Part shown: one piece after another, positions 24,461-37,376 of the stretch
Numbering within the stretch: position 1 is the first letter of the stretch
Layout: the number at the start of each line of letters is the position of its first letter
Assembly: GCA_964016885.1 (NCBI GenBank)
Contig: OZ024741.1
Location: 89,094,001 to 89,158,000, forward strand
Direction of reading: 5' to 3'
Length of the DNA: 64,000 nt
Source: Eledone cirrhosa
Taxonomy: Eukaryota
Translations under genes and position numbers: made by a program
The notes under the pieces: model-generated
Databases searched by the model: none
Told to the model about the DNA's origin: nothing
Seen by the model: only the letters and a program-made list of their open reading frames with translations

Positions 24461-27415
24461 ATAATGAAATGACAGGAGGCTGGATTTGTGTAAATCCTTG
24501 AAAGGTTTATTATACTATGATCATTTCAATGACCGGGTTCCGTATGAATCCGGTGATATCATCAGGTATTCGAAATATAATACGTGAATGTAATAGATAA
24601 AAACCATGGGGCTGAAAATCGAGAACCCGAGGGCGACCGCTATTCTGTTCCTTCAACCTCAGCCGGTCGCCCTGGAGTGACGTGGCTAAAGTTTATAGTA
24701 TGCTACTACCGGTCAGATAAACGAAAACAGAAAGGGGTGGGAACATAAGTCAACGTCAATCTCATGACACAAGGTAAAAGAAAGAAAGAAAGGAAAGAGA
24801 GAGAAGAAGGGGGAAGAAAGAAGAAGAGAAGCCAGGGTTAATGTCAGCTAAAAGAAGAAAGGCAACTACTACCGGTCAGATATAGGCAAGCAAGAGGGGG
24901 AAGGAAGATAAGTCTGCGGGAGGAAGACAGGAAGAGGGGAGAAGAGAAGGAAGAGAAGAGAGAAGTAGAAAAGTAAGGGTTGATGGCTACAAGAAGGAAG
25001 ATAGAAAGAAAGAGGAAGAAAGGTCGATATTAATGTCAGACCACAGTCAGGCCAGGAGTGGCGCGAGAAAATTTTCACAGGGACCCGCATCTTAGCAGAG
25101 GTGAATATATTGGGAGTCAGTGTGTTACAGTGTTTAGACTTCTAGGATGAAGTTTAAAAAATTAATAATCAATATTCAATATTAAAGAGGTTAGAAAATT
25201 TAAAGTTCAACAGTTTAACTTTTATTATATAATAGTTCCGATTTCTTCTGTAATTTAAAGGTACTATGTGGCGGTTAAAACATCGGCCGCGCCCCGGGCC
25301 CCATGGCGAATTAAGCTACGCCGAGTATTTTCATTTACCGAAAGAAGGAGAAATTTATTTTTCCAAGCACTCCAGGTGAGCTCGTTCGCCAGGGAGCTGG
25401 TCGCGCCGCCATTAAAACCCACCCAACAGTCCGACAGAAAGTTGGAACTTTAAAACTTTGCTTAGAGAAGTAGAAGACTAATGGTTGATGGCTACAAGAA
25501 GGAAGATAGAAAGAGAGAGGAAGGAAGGTCGATATCAATGTCACACCACAGTCGGGCCAGGAGTGGCGCGAGAAAATGTTCACAGGGACCCGCATCTTAG
25601 CAGAGGTGAATATATTGGGAGTCAGTGTGTTACAGTGTTTAGACTTCTAGGATGAAGTTTAAAAAATTAATAATCAATATTCAATATTAAAGAGGTTAGA
25701 AAATTTAAAGTTCAACAGTTTAACATTTTATTATATAATAGTTCCGATTTGTTCTGTAATTTAAAGGTACTATGTGGCGGTTAAAACACCGGCCGCGCCC
25801 CGGGCCCCATGGCGAATTAAGCTACGCCGAGTATTTTCATTTACCGAAAGAAGGGGAAATTTATTTTTCCAAGCACTCCAGGTCAGCTCGTGCGCCAGGG
25901 AGCTAGTCGCGCCGCCATTAAAACCCACCCAACAGTCCGACAGGAAATTGGAACTTTGGAACCTTTAAATTACAGAACAAATCGGAACTATTAGATATAT
26001 CAACCTGAAAGTGTTAAACTGTTGAACTTTAAATTTTCTAACCTCTTCAATATGGAATGTTGATTATTAATTTTTTAACTTCATCCTATAAGTCTAAACA
26101 TTGTAACACACTGACCCCCAATATATTCACCTCTGCTAAGATGCGGGTCCCTGTGAACATTTTCTCGCGCCACTCCTGGCCCGACTGTGGTGTGACATTG
26201 ATATCGACCTTCCTTCCTCTCTCTTTCTATCTTCCTTCTTGTAGCCATCAACCATTACTCTTCTACTTCTCTAAGCAAAGTTTTAAAGTTCCAACTTTCT
26301 GTCGGACTGTTGGGTGGGTTTTAATGGCGGCGCGACCAGCTCCCTGGCGAACGAGCTCACCTGGAGTGCTTGGAAAAATAAATTTCCCCTTCTTTCGGTA
26401 AATGAAAATACTCGGCGTAGCTTAATTCGCCATGGGGCCCGGGGCGCGGCCGGTGTTTAACCGCCACATAGTACCTTTAAATTACAGAAGAAATCGGAAC
26501 TATTATATAATAAAATGTTAAACTGTTGAACTTTAAATTTTCTAACCTCTTTAATATTGAATATTGATTATTAATTTTTTAAACTTCATCCTAGAAGTCT
26601 AAACACTGTAACACACTGACTCCCAATATATTCACCTCTGCTAAGATGCGGGTCCCTGTGAAAATTTTCTCGCGCCACTCCTGGCCTAACTGTGGTCTGA
26701 CATTAATATCGACCTTTCTTCCTCTTTCTTTCTATCTTCCTTCTTGTAGCCATCAGCCCTTACTTTTCTACTTCTCTCTTCTCTTCCTTCTCTTCTCCCC
26801 TCTACCTGTCTTCCTCCCACAGACTTATCTTCCTTCCCCCTCTTGCTTGCCTATATCTGACCGGTAGTAGTTGCCTTTCTTCTTTTAGCTGACATTAACC
26901 CTGGTTTCTCTTCTTCTTTCTTCCCCCTTCTTCTCTCTCCTTCCTTTCTTTCTTTCTTTTACCTTGTGTCATGAGATTGACGTTAACTTATGTTCCCATC
27001 CCTTTCTGTTTTCGTTTATCTGACCGGTAGTAGCATACTATAAACTTTAGCCACGTCACTCCAGGGCGACCGGCTGAGGTTGAAGGAACAGAATATCGGT
27101 CGCGCTTGGGTCGTCGATTTTTAGCCCCATGGATTTTATCTATTACATTCACGTATTATATTTCGAATACCTGATGATATCACCGGATTCATACGGAACC
27201 CGGTCATTGAAATGATCATAGTATAATAAACCTTTCAAGGATCTACACAAATCCAGCCTCCTGTCATTTCATTATAATATTTAACCCCGTAATAGCACCA
27301 CCAACTACAAAAACAAAGACGGTTGAACTGCCTTACGTTGAGTACTCTCTATATTATTGCATTACGATTGACCATACGGAATAGACCAGCTCTATACAGT
27401 GGTGAACCTCAAACC

Positions 27416-27420
<5 letters not shown>
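24461..27420 (+). mobile_element. Large fold-back PLE-like element (family E) with about 1.3-kb inverted arms, an internal 506-bp duplication and a 3' tail
   Basis: 24461-25770 is the reverse complement of 25961-27277; ORF pair 25268/25774 is offset by 506 bp; HHRs at 24512-24569 (-) and 27167-27224 (+); (TA)n flanks. Confidence 0.9.
27167..27224 (+). ncRNA. Hammerhead ribozyme, type I (family E)
   Basis: ATAC-CTGATGA-tatc-accgg..ccggt-catt-GAAA-tgatca-TA-GTAT; palindromic stem III ATGATCAT. Confidence 0.85.
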
Positions 27421-27449
<29 letters not shown>

Positions 27450-27454
<5 letters not shown>

Positions 27455-27636
27455 GAATCGGGCCCTCGACGGCTGAGTTCTTGCTGTTTCAACAACTATT
27501 TCCGAACTAGTTGTTGAAACGGCAAGAGCTCAGCCGTCGGGGTTGACTCTTTCATATTACCACACTCTACTACCCAAAGTATCGAGTACTCTGGTGAACA
27601 ATGGTCTAACACGTTTTTACTGCATCCATTTTGATG
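27450..27636 (+). mobile_element. Hairpin-headed mini element (family H) with the 3' half of an HHR
   Basis: 27450-27498 is inverted against 27508-27554; GAAA-cggc..gccg-TC-GGGG; second copy at 53716-53884; both in (TA)n. Confidence 0.75.
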
Positions 27637-29327
27637 GTGTGTGTATATATACGTGAATGTGTGTGTGTGTATACGTGAATGTGTATGTATGTGTCTAGTA
27701 TCAACAAAGGAGACAGACAGGGCGGCCAAGACAACACGATAGACAGATAGAAAATTCTGTACGAGATTATGAAGGTCTTCCCAGTGCACAGAACAATTCG
27801 TTGTTGTTATACCTGATAGAAAGCTTTATGTTCGGTTTCCGAGTGACAGGTTTCGTTTCTAGGCTCACATATAATATATCTACTTAGTACTCTTCTTCAG
27901 GAATTTAATGTCGGTTTGCATATGTGTGTGTGTGTGTAAAATATATACGTACACACACACATATATATACAATATATATATATATATACGTATCCAGCGA
28001 ATTTTATAGATTAACACACACGTACGCACGCGTTTGTTTGGGGCGAAGTATGTGTGTGTATGTGTGAATTGATGGCTGTGACTATGTTTAAAAGTGTGTA
28101 CGCAAAAATGTACATATACGTAAGTGCATGTATGTGTGTTTATACGCATATATGTGAAGGCGCGTGGTTAGCGGTTAGGATGTTAGGGCCATAATCGAAA
28201 GGTTATGATTTCAATTGCCGCAGGTGCATTGTCTTTGAGCAAAACAGTTTATTTAATGTTGTTCCAACCCATTCAACTGGAAAGAAGCCAGCCTTATCAC
28301 ACATTGTTTCACGCTAAACCTTCATGAGAACTACATAAAGGATACACGTGTCTGTGGAATGCTCAGCTGCATGCATGTTAACATCACAAGCAAGCTGTTT
28401 CCTTTTTCGAACAATTGGAACATTCGTCGTTCGAAGGGACATTGTCGTTAAATCAAACCTTGTTTTCGGATTTTGTAATATCCACTAGTTCATTTGAAAT
28501 TTAGTAAACCGAGTTTTTAAGATGATACAGTTAGCAGTGTAGGGTAAAAAAGGAAATGGAGTTGTTATGAATATGTTGAGAGTTGAGGGTGAGTTGTAGC
28601 GTACTTGAATGTTGTTGAGTTTGTTGTGGCAGAGTTTGTAGTAGAAAAGTTGTTGGCTTGCTGGGTGATGATGCATCAGGTAAAAATTGTTCCATATATA
28701 AACGCTGTGTAAAAATGCCGTGTAAAATTAGCTTGCCAAGTCATGCTGTCAGCATGACTTGGCAAGCTAATTAGAACACTGGATTAACCCCTTTACTTCT
28801 CTCCGAAGAAGAGATATTATCTTGAAAATTAAGGATATTCAAATAAATTGAAGGTGAAAGACTAATTGGCAACAATATCTTTTGCATTTGTATTTATATT
28901 CTATATCCATACCTGCATTGTTTTGGCCTTCCAACTCCAAACGTTTATACCTCATTACGCAATGCTTCAAGTAAACTACAATTTCCTCCTTAAAATATAT
29001 ATATATATAAAGATATGTATATATATATACATATATAAACTGATAACTTTACGAAAATATCGAGCTGGTTTGAAAGTTTGAACATTATACTCAAACACAC
29101 ACGCGCGCGCGCGCGTGCACGCAGACACGCACAAACATTTCAACAGAACCAATGAAAGGATTGAAATTACATTTATTTCTTGATTCTGACAATTCATTCT
29201 AAATAGATATTATTTTATACTTTATAAAGATCTACATTTTTCTACATAACACATCTTAATTCATCGAAACATGAAACCAAAGTAATTTTTTTAATAATGT
29301 ATCATAATATAATGTATAATCCCATAC

Positions 29328-29675
29328 AGTCGAACTCCTCCGCAAGATCGGAACGGCGACGGCCCGTCTGCGGAAGTAGCTCCGCGAGGTGAGGTGGCTG
29401 TTGCAGTGTCGCTGGCCATTGTCCGCGGGGCGGAGCCCCTCTACCCCCGCGGCCTAGGCCCAGAACACAATCATTCTCCTCTTCCCCTCCCCATTTATTT
29501 GGGACTCTAGAATTCTTGCCATTCTCTCCCCTTCCCGTTTGTTCTTTCTTTTTCTCTCTTTTCTTTATATTTTTCTATTTTACATTCCATTCTTCTCAAT
29601 CTAAATAACTTTCTTTTTCTTTTTCTATTAAACTGTATTTACATAATATATTCCATAAATAAAATTTCAGTATAT
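29328..29675 (+). mobile_element. CRE-like RLE LINE extreme 3' fragment
   Basis: ELLRKIG..REVRWLLQ/SLAIVRG matches the RLE C-terminal motif also seen at 20640-20750; pyrimidine-rich UTR. Confidence 0.55.
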
Positions 29676-31057
29676 AAATTAGATGTATTTCAGAATTATT
29701 ATTAATGACCGAGTGACAGAAATGGAATCGAAACTGTGAAAGCCAGTGCTACGATATACGAAGCTTTAGTTCTAATAATAGTTTCTGATTTTGGCATAAG
29801 GCCAACGTTTTGGGGGGATGGGAAAGTCGATTAAATCGACCCCAGTTCGTTAATGATACTTTATTTTATTAACCCGGTAAGGATGAAAGGCAAAGCTAAC
29901 CTCGGCGGAATTTGAACTCAGAACGTAAAGGGACGTAAATCTATGTCACAAAGCATGTTTTCCGGCGGTCAATTGATACTGCCAATTCACTGCCCTGAAA
30001 AAAAGTTTCTTATTTTAGGCAAAAGGCCAGCAATTTGTGCAGAGGAGGAAAGTCAATTTATCGACTCTAGTGCGTTACTGGTACTTTATTTTATCGAACC
30101 CGTAAGGATGAAAGGCAAAGCTAACCTTGGCTGGTTTTGAACTCAGAACATAAAGGGGCGTATCAACATGTCACAAATAATTTTATCCGATGCTCTACCG
30201 ATATTACGAAAATAATATTTGTGTGTGTATCTGTGTGTTGATAATAGACACGTGTGTAAATGTGTGCCTGCATATTTGCGAGTGCAAATAAATCTAGATA
30301 AACAAAGGTTGATTGGAAGTGGGCGGTTTATTCGTTAGTTTGGTAGGGTAGTTGAAGGCTGAATGGATGAGTGATTAGATGACTGGGTTGTTGGAGGGAT
30401 AGGTATGAAGTTGACAGGGAGGGGTAAGAAATCAATTGCTAGATAAGACGGACAGTGGGGTTAGGTGGAGAGACATGTAGGTAGCTTACAGAAACACAGG
30501 TAAGTAGTGCGTATTAAAAGTAGGTAAATATACATTAGGGGTGGGACACAAGTATGTGTATGTATATTGAGAAGCAGGGGTTCTAAGGGTGGGTCCAAGT
30601 AGGTAGGTGAATAGGTGGGTTGGTGGTTCGATCAGTAGGTGAGATGGATGCGTATGGTGGCTGGTCGGTGGGTTTGTGAGTAGGTAGATAGGTGTGCGTT
30701 GTAACATTTGATAAATGTCTAATCTACGAGAAGTTTGGCCTAGGTGAGTGTCAGGTCAGTTCTGTTTCCTGACGTTTATTTCTTAGGTCTCACCTAAAAT
30801 GTTTTATCTATACAAACGAACACACAACACATGCACGCACACTAGTAGTAGGTGAAAAGGTTTGCACACATACGTACACAATCACTAAATGCAGTCTTGT
30901 CATTTTTATATAATAGATATGCTTACTCTCTACTAACGAAGAAAAGTTGGCGACATTGGTGACCTGGCTGGAAGGGTTGATGATTTGGTCAACTCTATCA
31001 GCCACCAAGGTCCATCAAATTAGAAACGGAAGTCTATGCTGAAAAAAAAAAAATAAT

Positions 31058-31560
31058 AAACTCATGACAAATGCCAATAGTTTCATTACAACAGATATCT
31101 CTGCCTAAAGAGAGAAACCGGAGACAGTGCTGCCCTGGGGAACATCATTAATGATAAAATACCAAGAGCAGAAATCGTTCAAGAAACGTACGGAAAATTG
31201 CTGTCCAAACGATGCTCAAGTTAATATAGAGAGATAGAAATGTCATCATGAAGAACAAGATCAGACTTCTGTGTGCACTGTATGCATGTGTGACATGGAC
31301 TCTCACTGTAGAAATATAGCAAACTATACAGGCACTGGAAATGAGATACTACCGTAACATCTTAAACATCTCGTACTTTGGGATCACATCTTAAAATAGC
31401 AAAACATCCAGAACACAATGCTCCGCATAGAAACCTTCTCACAATGCTGAAGAAAAGAAAACTGAGATGTTAAGAAGACTTGGGTCTGGCATTACAGTAA
31501 CCATTCTTCAAAGAAATATGGCAGGAATAAGGAGAAACGATCAGTGGAAAATATGAAAAG
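31058..31560 (+). mobile_element. Highly decayed RTE LINE fragment
   Basis: KLMTN..KNKIRLL..ACVTWTLT..IQALEMRYYRNILNISY..KKRKLR. Confidence 0.7.
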
Positions 31561-31615
31561 GAACGAACATTCTGTAGCCTGTGTTGTACTTACACACACA
31601 TACACAGAGAGAGAG

Positions 31616-31646
<31 letters not shown>

Positions 31647-31818
31647 GAGAGAGAGTGAGAGTGAGAGAGAAAGTGAGAAAGGGAGAGAGAGAGAGAGAGA
31701 GAGATAGTGTGTGTGCGTGAGAAAGAATGAGCGTGTGTGTGCGTGTTTGTATATGCGCGCATGAATATGCGTGTACATATGCTTCTTGTTAAAACTAACA
31801 AGAATCAACACAACTTCA

Positions 31819-31901
<83 letters not shown>

Positions 31902-32228
31902 GTTTAAACACACAGTTACATCAATGTTCCCGCAACTCAAGTTTCCCACACCTGTGTGATCTTGTCGTTGCCTTTTATTTCTGTTTTTTTTTTTGTTTGT
32001 CTTTTTTTTTAATCGGGTTTTAATCAGTGATCCTCGTTACGGATTTAAGCAGTTGTCACCTTCTGAACGACACGACAATCTCTCACTGCTGGTTTCTTCT
32101 GCTCTGCTCATACATACAACACATACATTGCACTAACATTCCAACCAGATTAATTAAGAGATAATCCATCTTTGTTTGTTGGAGAAGTGTGTGAGATGTA
32201 GGCGAAGTGGGTGGAAACTATATATATA

Positions 32229-32288
<60 letters not shown>

Positions 32289-32305
32289 TATATATGAGTA
32301 TATAT

Positions 32306-32382
<77 letters not shown>

Positions 32383-32384
<2 letters not shown>

Positions 32385-32679
32385 AAAGAATAGAGGTGTA
32401 ACACACGAGTGATATATTGGTAAAAGGAAAAGAAAATGCTGACAAATTGTTCCCAGTGAAAAATACTTTAATTAGGAATAAGTAAAAATTAGTAATAAGT
32501 ATTGGTTAGTATTCAGTTTTAGTGATGTTTGCTCTAATCGATTAGAGCAATCGATTAAAACCGGTAAAAACTTAAAACTAAAACTGAATACTAACCAATA
32601 CTTATTACTAATTTTTACTTATTCCTAATTAAACTATTTTTCACTGGGAACAATTTGTCAGCATTTTCTTTTCCTTTTA

Positions 32680-32681
<2 letters not shown>
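32383..32681 (-). mobile_element. Fold-back insertion in (TA)n with about 105-bp inverted arms and a central 22-bp palindrome
   Basis: 32419-32523 is the reverse complement of 32577-32681; tail GAGGTGT..ACACGAGTGA resembles 46879-46896. Confidence 0.75.
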
Positions 32682-32755
<74 letters not shown>

Positions 32756-32774
32756 GAGTATATATGAGTATATA

Positions 32775-32838
<64 letters not shown>

Positions 32839-32885
32839 CATATATATATATATATATACACACACACATATATATATATATATAT

Positions 32886-33953
32886 CACCTTAATCACTTT
32901 CACCGACCAGTCTGTCGGGCGTCCATTCAGCGCCGCTGGTCACAGCACGCCGTCCATTCCCCTCTGGATCGTGCTTTCTTCATCCATGTAGTCCCAATCA
33001 TATTCCTAAAATCGTAACTCCCCCTTCGTGGAGGCCTTCCGAGTGGTCGTTTCCGCTCGCGCGGGTACCACTCGGCAACTGCGCGAGTCCACCGATTATC
33101 GGTGAACCGGGCGACGTGTCCAGCCTATCTGAACTTGCTGCGCATATATTCTGTGATGACGTCCCTCACGCCGGACTTCTGTCTGATGACTTCGCTCCTG
33201 ATGTGTTCTCTCAACGAGATTTCTAGCATTGATCTCTCCATGGCTCTTTGAGCCGTTACCAGCCTCTGCTCCTCTCTCTTCGTTGTAGCCCAAGTTTCAC
33301 TGCCATATAACATTGCAGGTAAAACTGTGCTATTAAAGAGGTCGGCGCGGGTGGTCTTGTCCAACCTCCCCTTGAGCACATCCCTTATGTCGTTGAACGC
33401 CTTCCATCCGACCCTTATTCTCCGCGAGATCTCCCTCTCAAATCAACGCAGTGCTGAACTCGCTGCAGAGAGAAGGAGTCGAGGCGTAATACGTTCAACT
33501 GCTCAAGGAGGTGAATTCCGGATGCACCACCGACATAGCTCTGCTGTCATCACTCGTACGAGTGCCGGTCGAGAAGGGAGTGAAGCAAGGAGATACGATC
33601 TCTCCAAAACTTTTCACTGCGTGTCTCGAGCAGATCATCAGAGGCATTGACTGGCAAAGCGGTGTCAACATCGACGGCGAGATATTTGCCCACCTCCGTT
33701 TCGCTGATGACATCGTACTCATCGCTGAAACCACGGGTCAGCTTCAGACCATGCTGACGGAGTTCGACATCAAAAGCTCTGCAGTAGGCCTCAAGATGAA
33801 CCGCATGAAAACGAAGTTCATGCGGTCTGACAACGTACCAACAGGTCGAATGGTGGTTGGCGGTGAGGAAATAGAGAAGGTGGAGGAATACGTCTACCTG
33901 GGACAAGAAGTGAACATGCACCGAGACATTGAGAGGGAAATCTCACGAAGAAT
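32886..33953 (-). mobile_element. RTE-clade LINE with 5' inversion (3' end on minus 32886-33440; RT domain on plus 33441-33953)
   Basis: Plus: KGVKQGDTISPKLF..HLRFADDIVL..YVYLGQ..EREISRRI. Minus resumes EREISRRIRVGWKAF..MLYGSETW..RGRPPR. Confidence 0.9.
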
Positions 33954-34004
33954 ATATATATATAATACATTCACACACACATACACACACATATATATAT
34001 ATAT

Positions 34005-34164
34005 AGTAAAGTAGTTCCGTTATAACGAAATTCACGGAGTATTAAAAAATTCGCTGTAACGAAAGATTCGTTGTAACGAGAACGACCCAACACATTGACC
34101 GTGTGGCTGGGGCTTGGAAAAAATATTCGTTATAATGGTATTCGTTATAACGGAATTTTACCTG
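34005..34164. mobile_element. Tc1/pogo-type MITE with TTCGTTATAACG subterminal repeats
   Basis: TTCCGTTATAACGAA...TTCGTTATAACGGAATTTTACCTG-TA. Confidence 0.7.
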
Positions 34165-34189
34165 TATATATGAGTATGTATATATATAT

Positions 34190-35105
34190 AAACGGAAAAA
34201 TTGAAACGAAATTTCATTTCCCACTCTTAGTACGGCTGTTACTTAAATATAAGTATGTACACGTACATACATATATGTATACAGACATACAGTAGTATGT
34301 ATATATACATACATGCACACATATATATGTGTACGTATGGATTCACCGAACATTTATTATAATGCTCGGTGTTTGTAAACAAACATCCCGTATTAAGCCG
34401 TAGTGTCCAGCAACCATCGTTGCTCGTTTGTTCAACACTGATAAAGGAACGCTGTACTAGTTTCAAGCTTATTACCTATCGTCAGCAACGTATACCTTCC
34501 TGCCAGATTGTGAACGTATATACTTACCTTGTGCATATTAACGGCTGAGTAGCCCAATTTGCATATCGAGTGGGTTAATCGGCCGGGTGCACCGAAAACG
34601 ATAAACGGAAAAAATGAAACGAAATATCATTTCCCACTCTTAGTACGGCTGTTACTTAAATATAAGTATGTACACGTACATACATATATGTATACAGACG
34701 TACAGTAGTATGTATATATATATACATACATGCACACACATATATATATGTACGTATGGATTCACCGGCCGATTAACCCACTCGATATGCAAATTGGGCT
34801 ACTCAGCCGTTAATATGCATTAGGTAAGTATATACGTTCACAATCTGGCAGGAAAGTATATGTTGCTGACGATAGCTAATAAGCTTGAAACTAGTACAGC
34901 GTTCCTTTGTCAGTGTTGAACAAACGAGCAACGATGGTTGCTGGACACTACGGCTTAATACGGGATGTTTGTTTACAAACACACCGAGCATTATAATAAA
35001 TGTTCGGTGAATCCATACGTACATATATATATGTGTGCATGTATGTATATATATATATACATACTACTGTACGTCTGTATTCATATATGTATGTACGTGT
35101 ACATA

Positions 35106-35110
<5 letters not shown>
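34190..35110 (-). mobile_element. Tandem plus inverted pLTR-like element (family I) with HHRs at 34451-34489 (-) and 34862-34900 (+)
   Basis: 34190-34348 repeats directly at 34603-34767; 34768-35110 is the reverse complement of 34248-34584; GTTG-CTGACGA-t-agct(aata)agct-t-GAAA-ctag-TA-CAGC. Confidence 0.9.
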
Positions 35111-35140
<30 letters not shown>

Positions 35141-36097
35141 TCATATACACAGGTAAAATTCCGTTGTGTGTGTGTGTGTTTTATTTTGTTCTTTTGGTTT
35201 TCTTAAGACGACACCCTACGTGATTTCCGAAGAATAACATGAGGGAGTTTCGAAGTGGACTTCATCTAAGTCGGACGATGTCTTGAAACCGAAACAAATA
35301 CATTACGAATGCACCATTTTAAACATTTCAAAAGTTTATGTAAGAGATTTTGTGTTTTTCAATGACTAAAATGACTCTTTCACTATGTATCTACTCGTAG
35401 ATGAGTGAATATTACGGTGTTCTGCTTGTAATTGTTGTTGTTTAGTCCCAGGTTAAACTCTAATGGAAGAGGTATTCCGTTTATGAACATGCAGTCTTTT
35501 AAGGCATATGTAGAACTACATAATCTAATGTATCACGCCTTTATATGAGACAGTGTGATTTGGGAGCGATATGACTGCTATTTCTAAAAGATCAAGTGGG
35601 CACGAAGAAGCTACCTCCTTGTTGTTGTTGGTGTTGTTAATGTCGTTACTTAACCCCACGTCTGCCTTGATCAAGCAGACTTTAGATCAAAAGTATTCTA
35701 TTCCGTCTTTTTCCTATGTACAGGAAATCCATAATCATATTATCAAACGCGTCCTTCTATAAGACTGTAGATTCAGATTTGAGATAGATTTAGCTGCTAT
35801 TTTTAGCAAGTTAAGCGATTGTTAGAAGCTCCCGCCTGGTTCTTGACATTGATGCTGCTATTGTTTTATGGTCTTGTATCGGTAGAACGTCGGATGCCAT
35901 GCTTTGCAGCATAGAGTTACGTCCCTTTATGATCTGAGCTCAAATCCAGCCGAGGTTAACTTTGCCTTTCATCCTTACGGGGTCGATAAAATAAAGTACC
36001 AGTAATGCACTGGGTGATTGCTGGCCTTGTGCCTAAAGTAGAAACAATTATTTCATAGCGATTGATTTTCTGGTGTGTTACTGCCTCAACTTAACAC

Positions 36098-36240
36098 GTC
36101 GTCCTCTTCTTCTTGCGAGGGTCTTGGAGACAAAGTCCTCAAGTATTCCTTCCAGCGGGTCCTGTCAGAAGCAACCGTCTCCAGCTCATGGATATTATCC
36201 ATCCATCTTGTCCGGGGGTGTACCCGTTGGTCTCCTACTC
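36098..36240 (-). mobile_element. RTE LINE 3' remnant
   Basis: Minus strand GTPRTRWMDNI..ASDRTRWKEYL with (GAA)n tail. Confidence 0.6.
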
Positions 36241-36467
36241 AGGCCTTGAAATGTTAATGGATTGTATAGATACTACTGTTCCGAACTAAGCATAAAAGAT
36301 TAATGGGGAAATATGAAACACCAAACTAAAAAAAAAAAATTAAACATGAACATAGTCGTCCTTTAATATAACACACATACACAGACCCCACCTCAAACAC
36401 ATTTATACACACACACACGCGCACACACACACACATATATATATATATATTATATACATATATAAAT

Positions 36468-36611
<144 letters not shown>

Positions 36612-36725
36612 AACCCATGCACACAAGTATACTTACATACATTCTTGTGCTCGCTCGCATGCCAACATACCAACATACGCTATTAGACGATAGTAAGATG
36701 TGCAGATGTACATCGGACAGCATGG

Positions 36726-36810
<85 letters not shown>

Positions 36811-37223
36811 CTCTAATGCACCATTAAGAAACAAACATAGACATCATCTACGTTTGGGATGAACGCCAGCTGGTCTATGGCTTTAGTGCTGTACGTTTGT
36901 TATCTATGACGGTTCGTAGAAAGGCGAGTGGCTTACTGGTTAGGGTGTTCGAATCCCGGTGGTGCGTTGTGTCTTTGAGTAAGGTACTTTGTTTGTATGG
37001 TAAAAAAAATTAAAATACTCATAAAATGTAAAAAATGTCCATTACAAATGCTTTTTAGACTCGGAGATTATCGAACAAAAGGTTATACATTTTGTAAAAG
37101 ATAAACTCTGGTTGTATCTTGATATTAATAATGTAATATTTTAACATCTAGGCCCATGTGATGATAACTGAAAAACATGGCTGCAATGATATCTTAGTTG
37201 TTAAGCTATGATATTACTACAGC

Positions 37224-37376
37224 CAGTGCCAGATTTACTATTCTGCTTAGGTATGTTTAAACACAGGTCCCCGTTGGCCAGAGATTTTTTTACCGGGTCT
37301 ACCTCCTTCTGGGCCCAAGTTAGGGGCCCCATAACTTAACTAGCACAGGGCCTCATTTGTCCTAAATCCGGTACTG
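37224..37376. mobile_element. hAT MITE
   Basis: TIRs CAGTGCCAGATTTA / TAAATCCGGTACTG; perfect 8-bp TSD ACTACAGC. Confidence 0.9.

Noticed and set aside
24869-26867. Repeated MRVPV and MAVKT ORFs as a small gene family
   Set aside because: By-products of the inverted and tandem duplication in the fold-back element; no recognisable protein
24461-27277. Long inverted repeats as assembly artefacts
   Set aside because: Arms differ by scattered substitutions, the ends match an independent copy at 19333, and the 54600-59042 pair differs by a TSD-flanked SINE; long-read confirmation is still advisable
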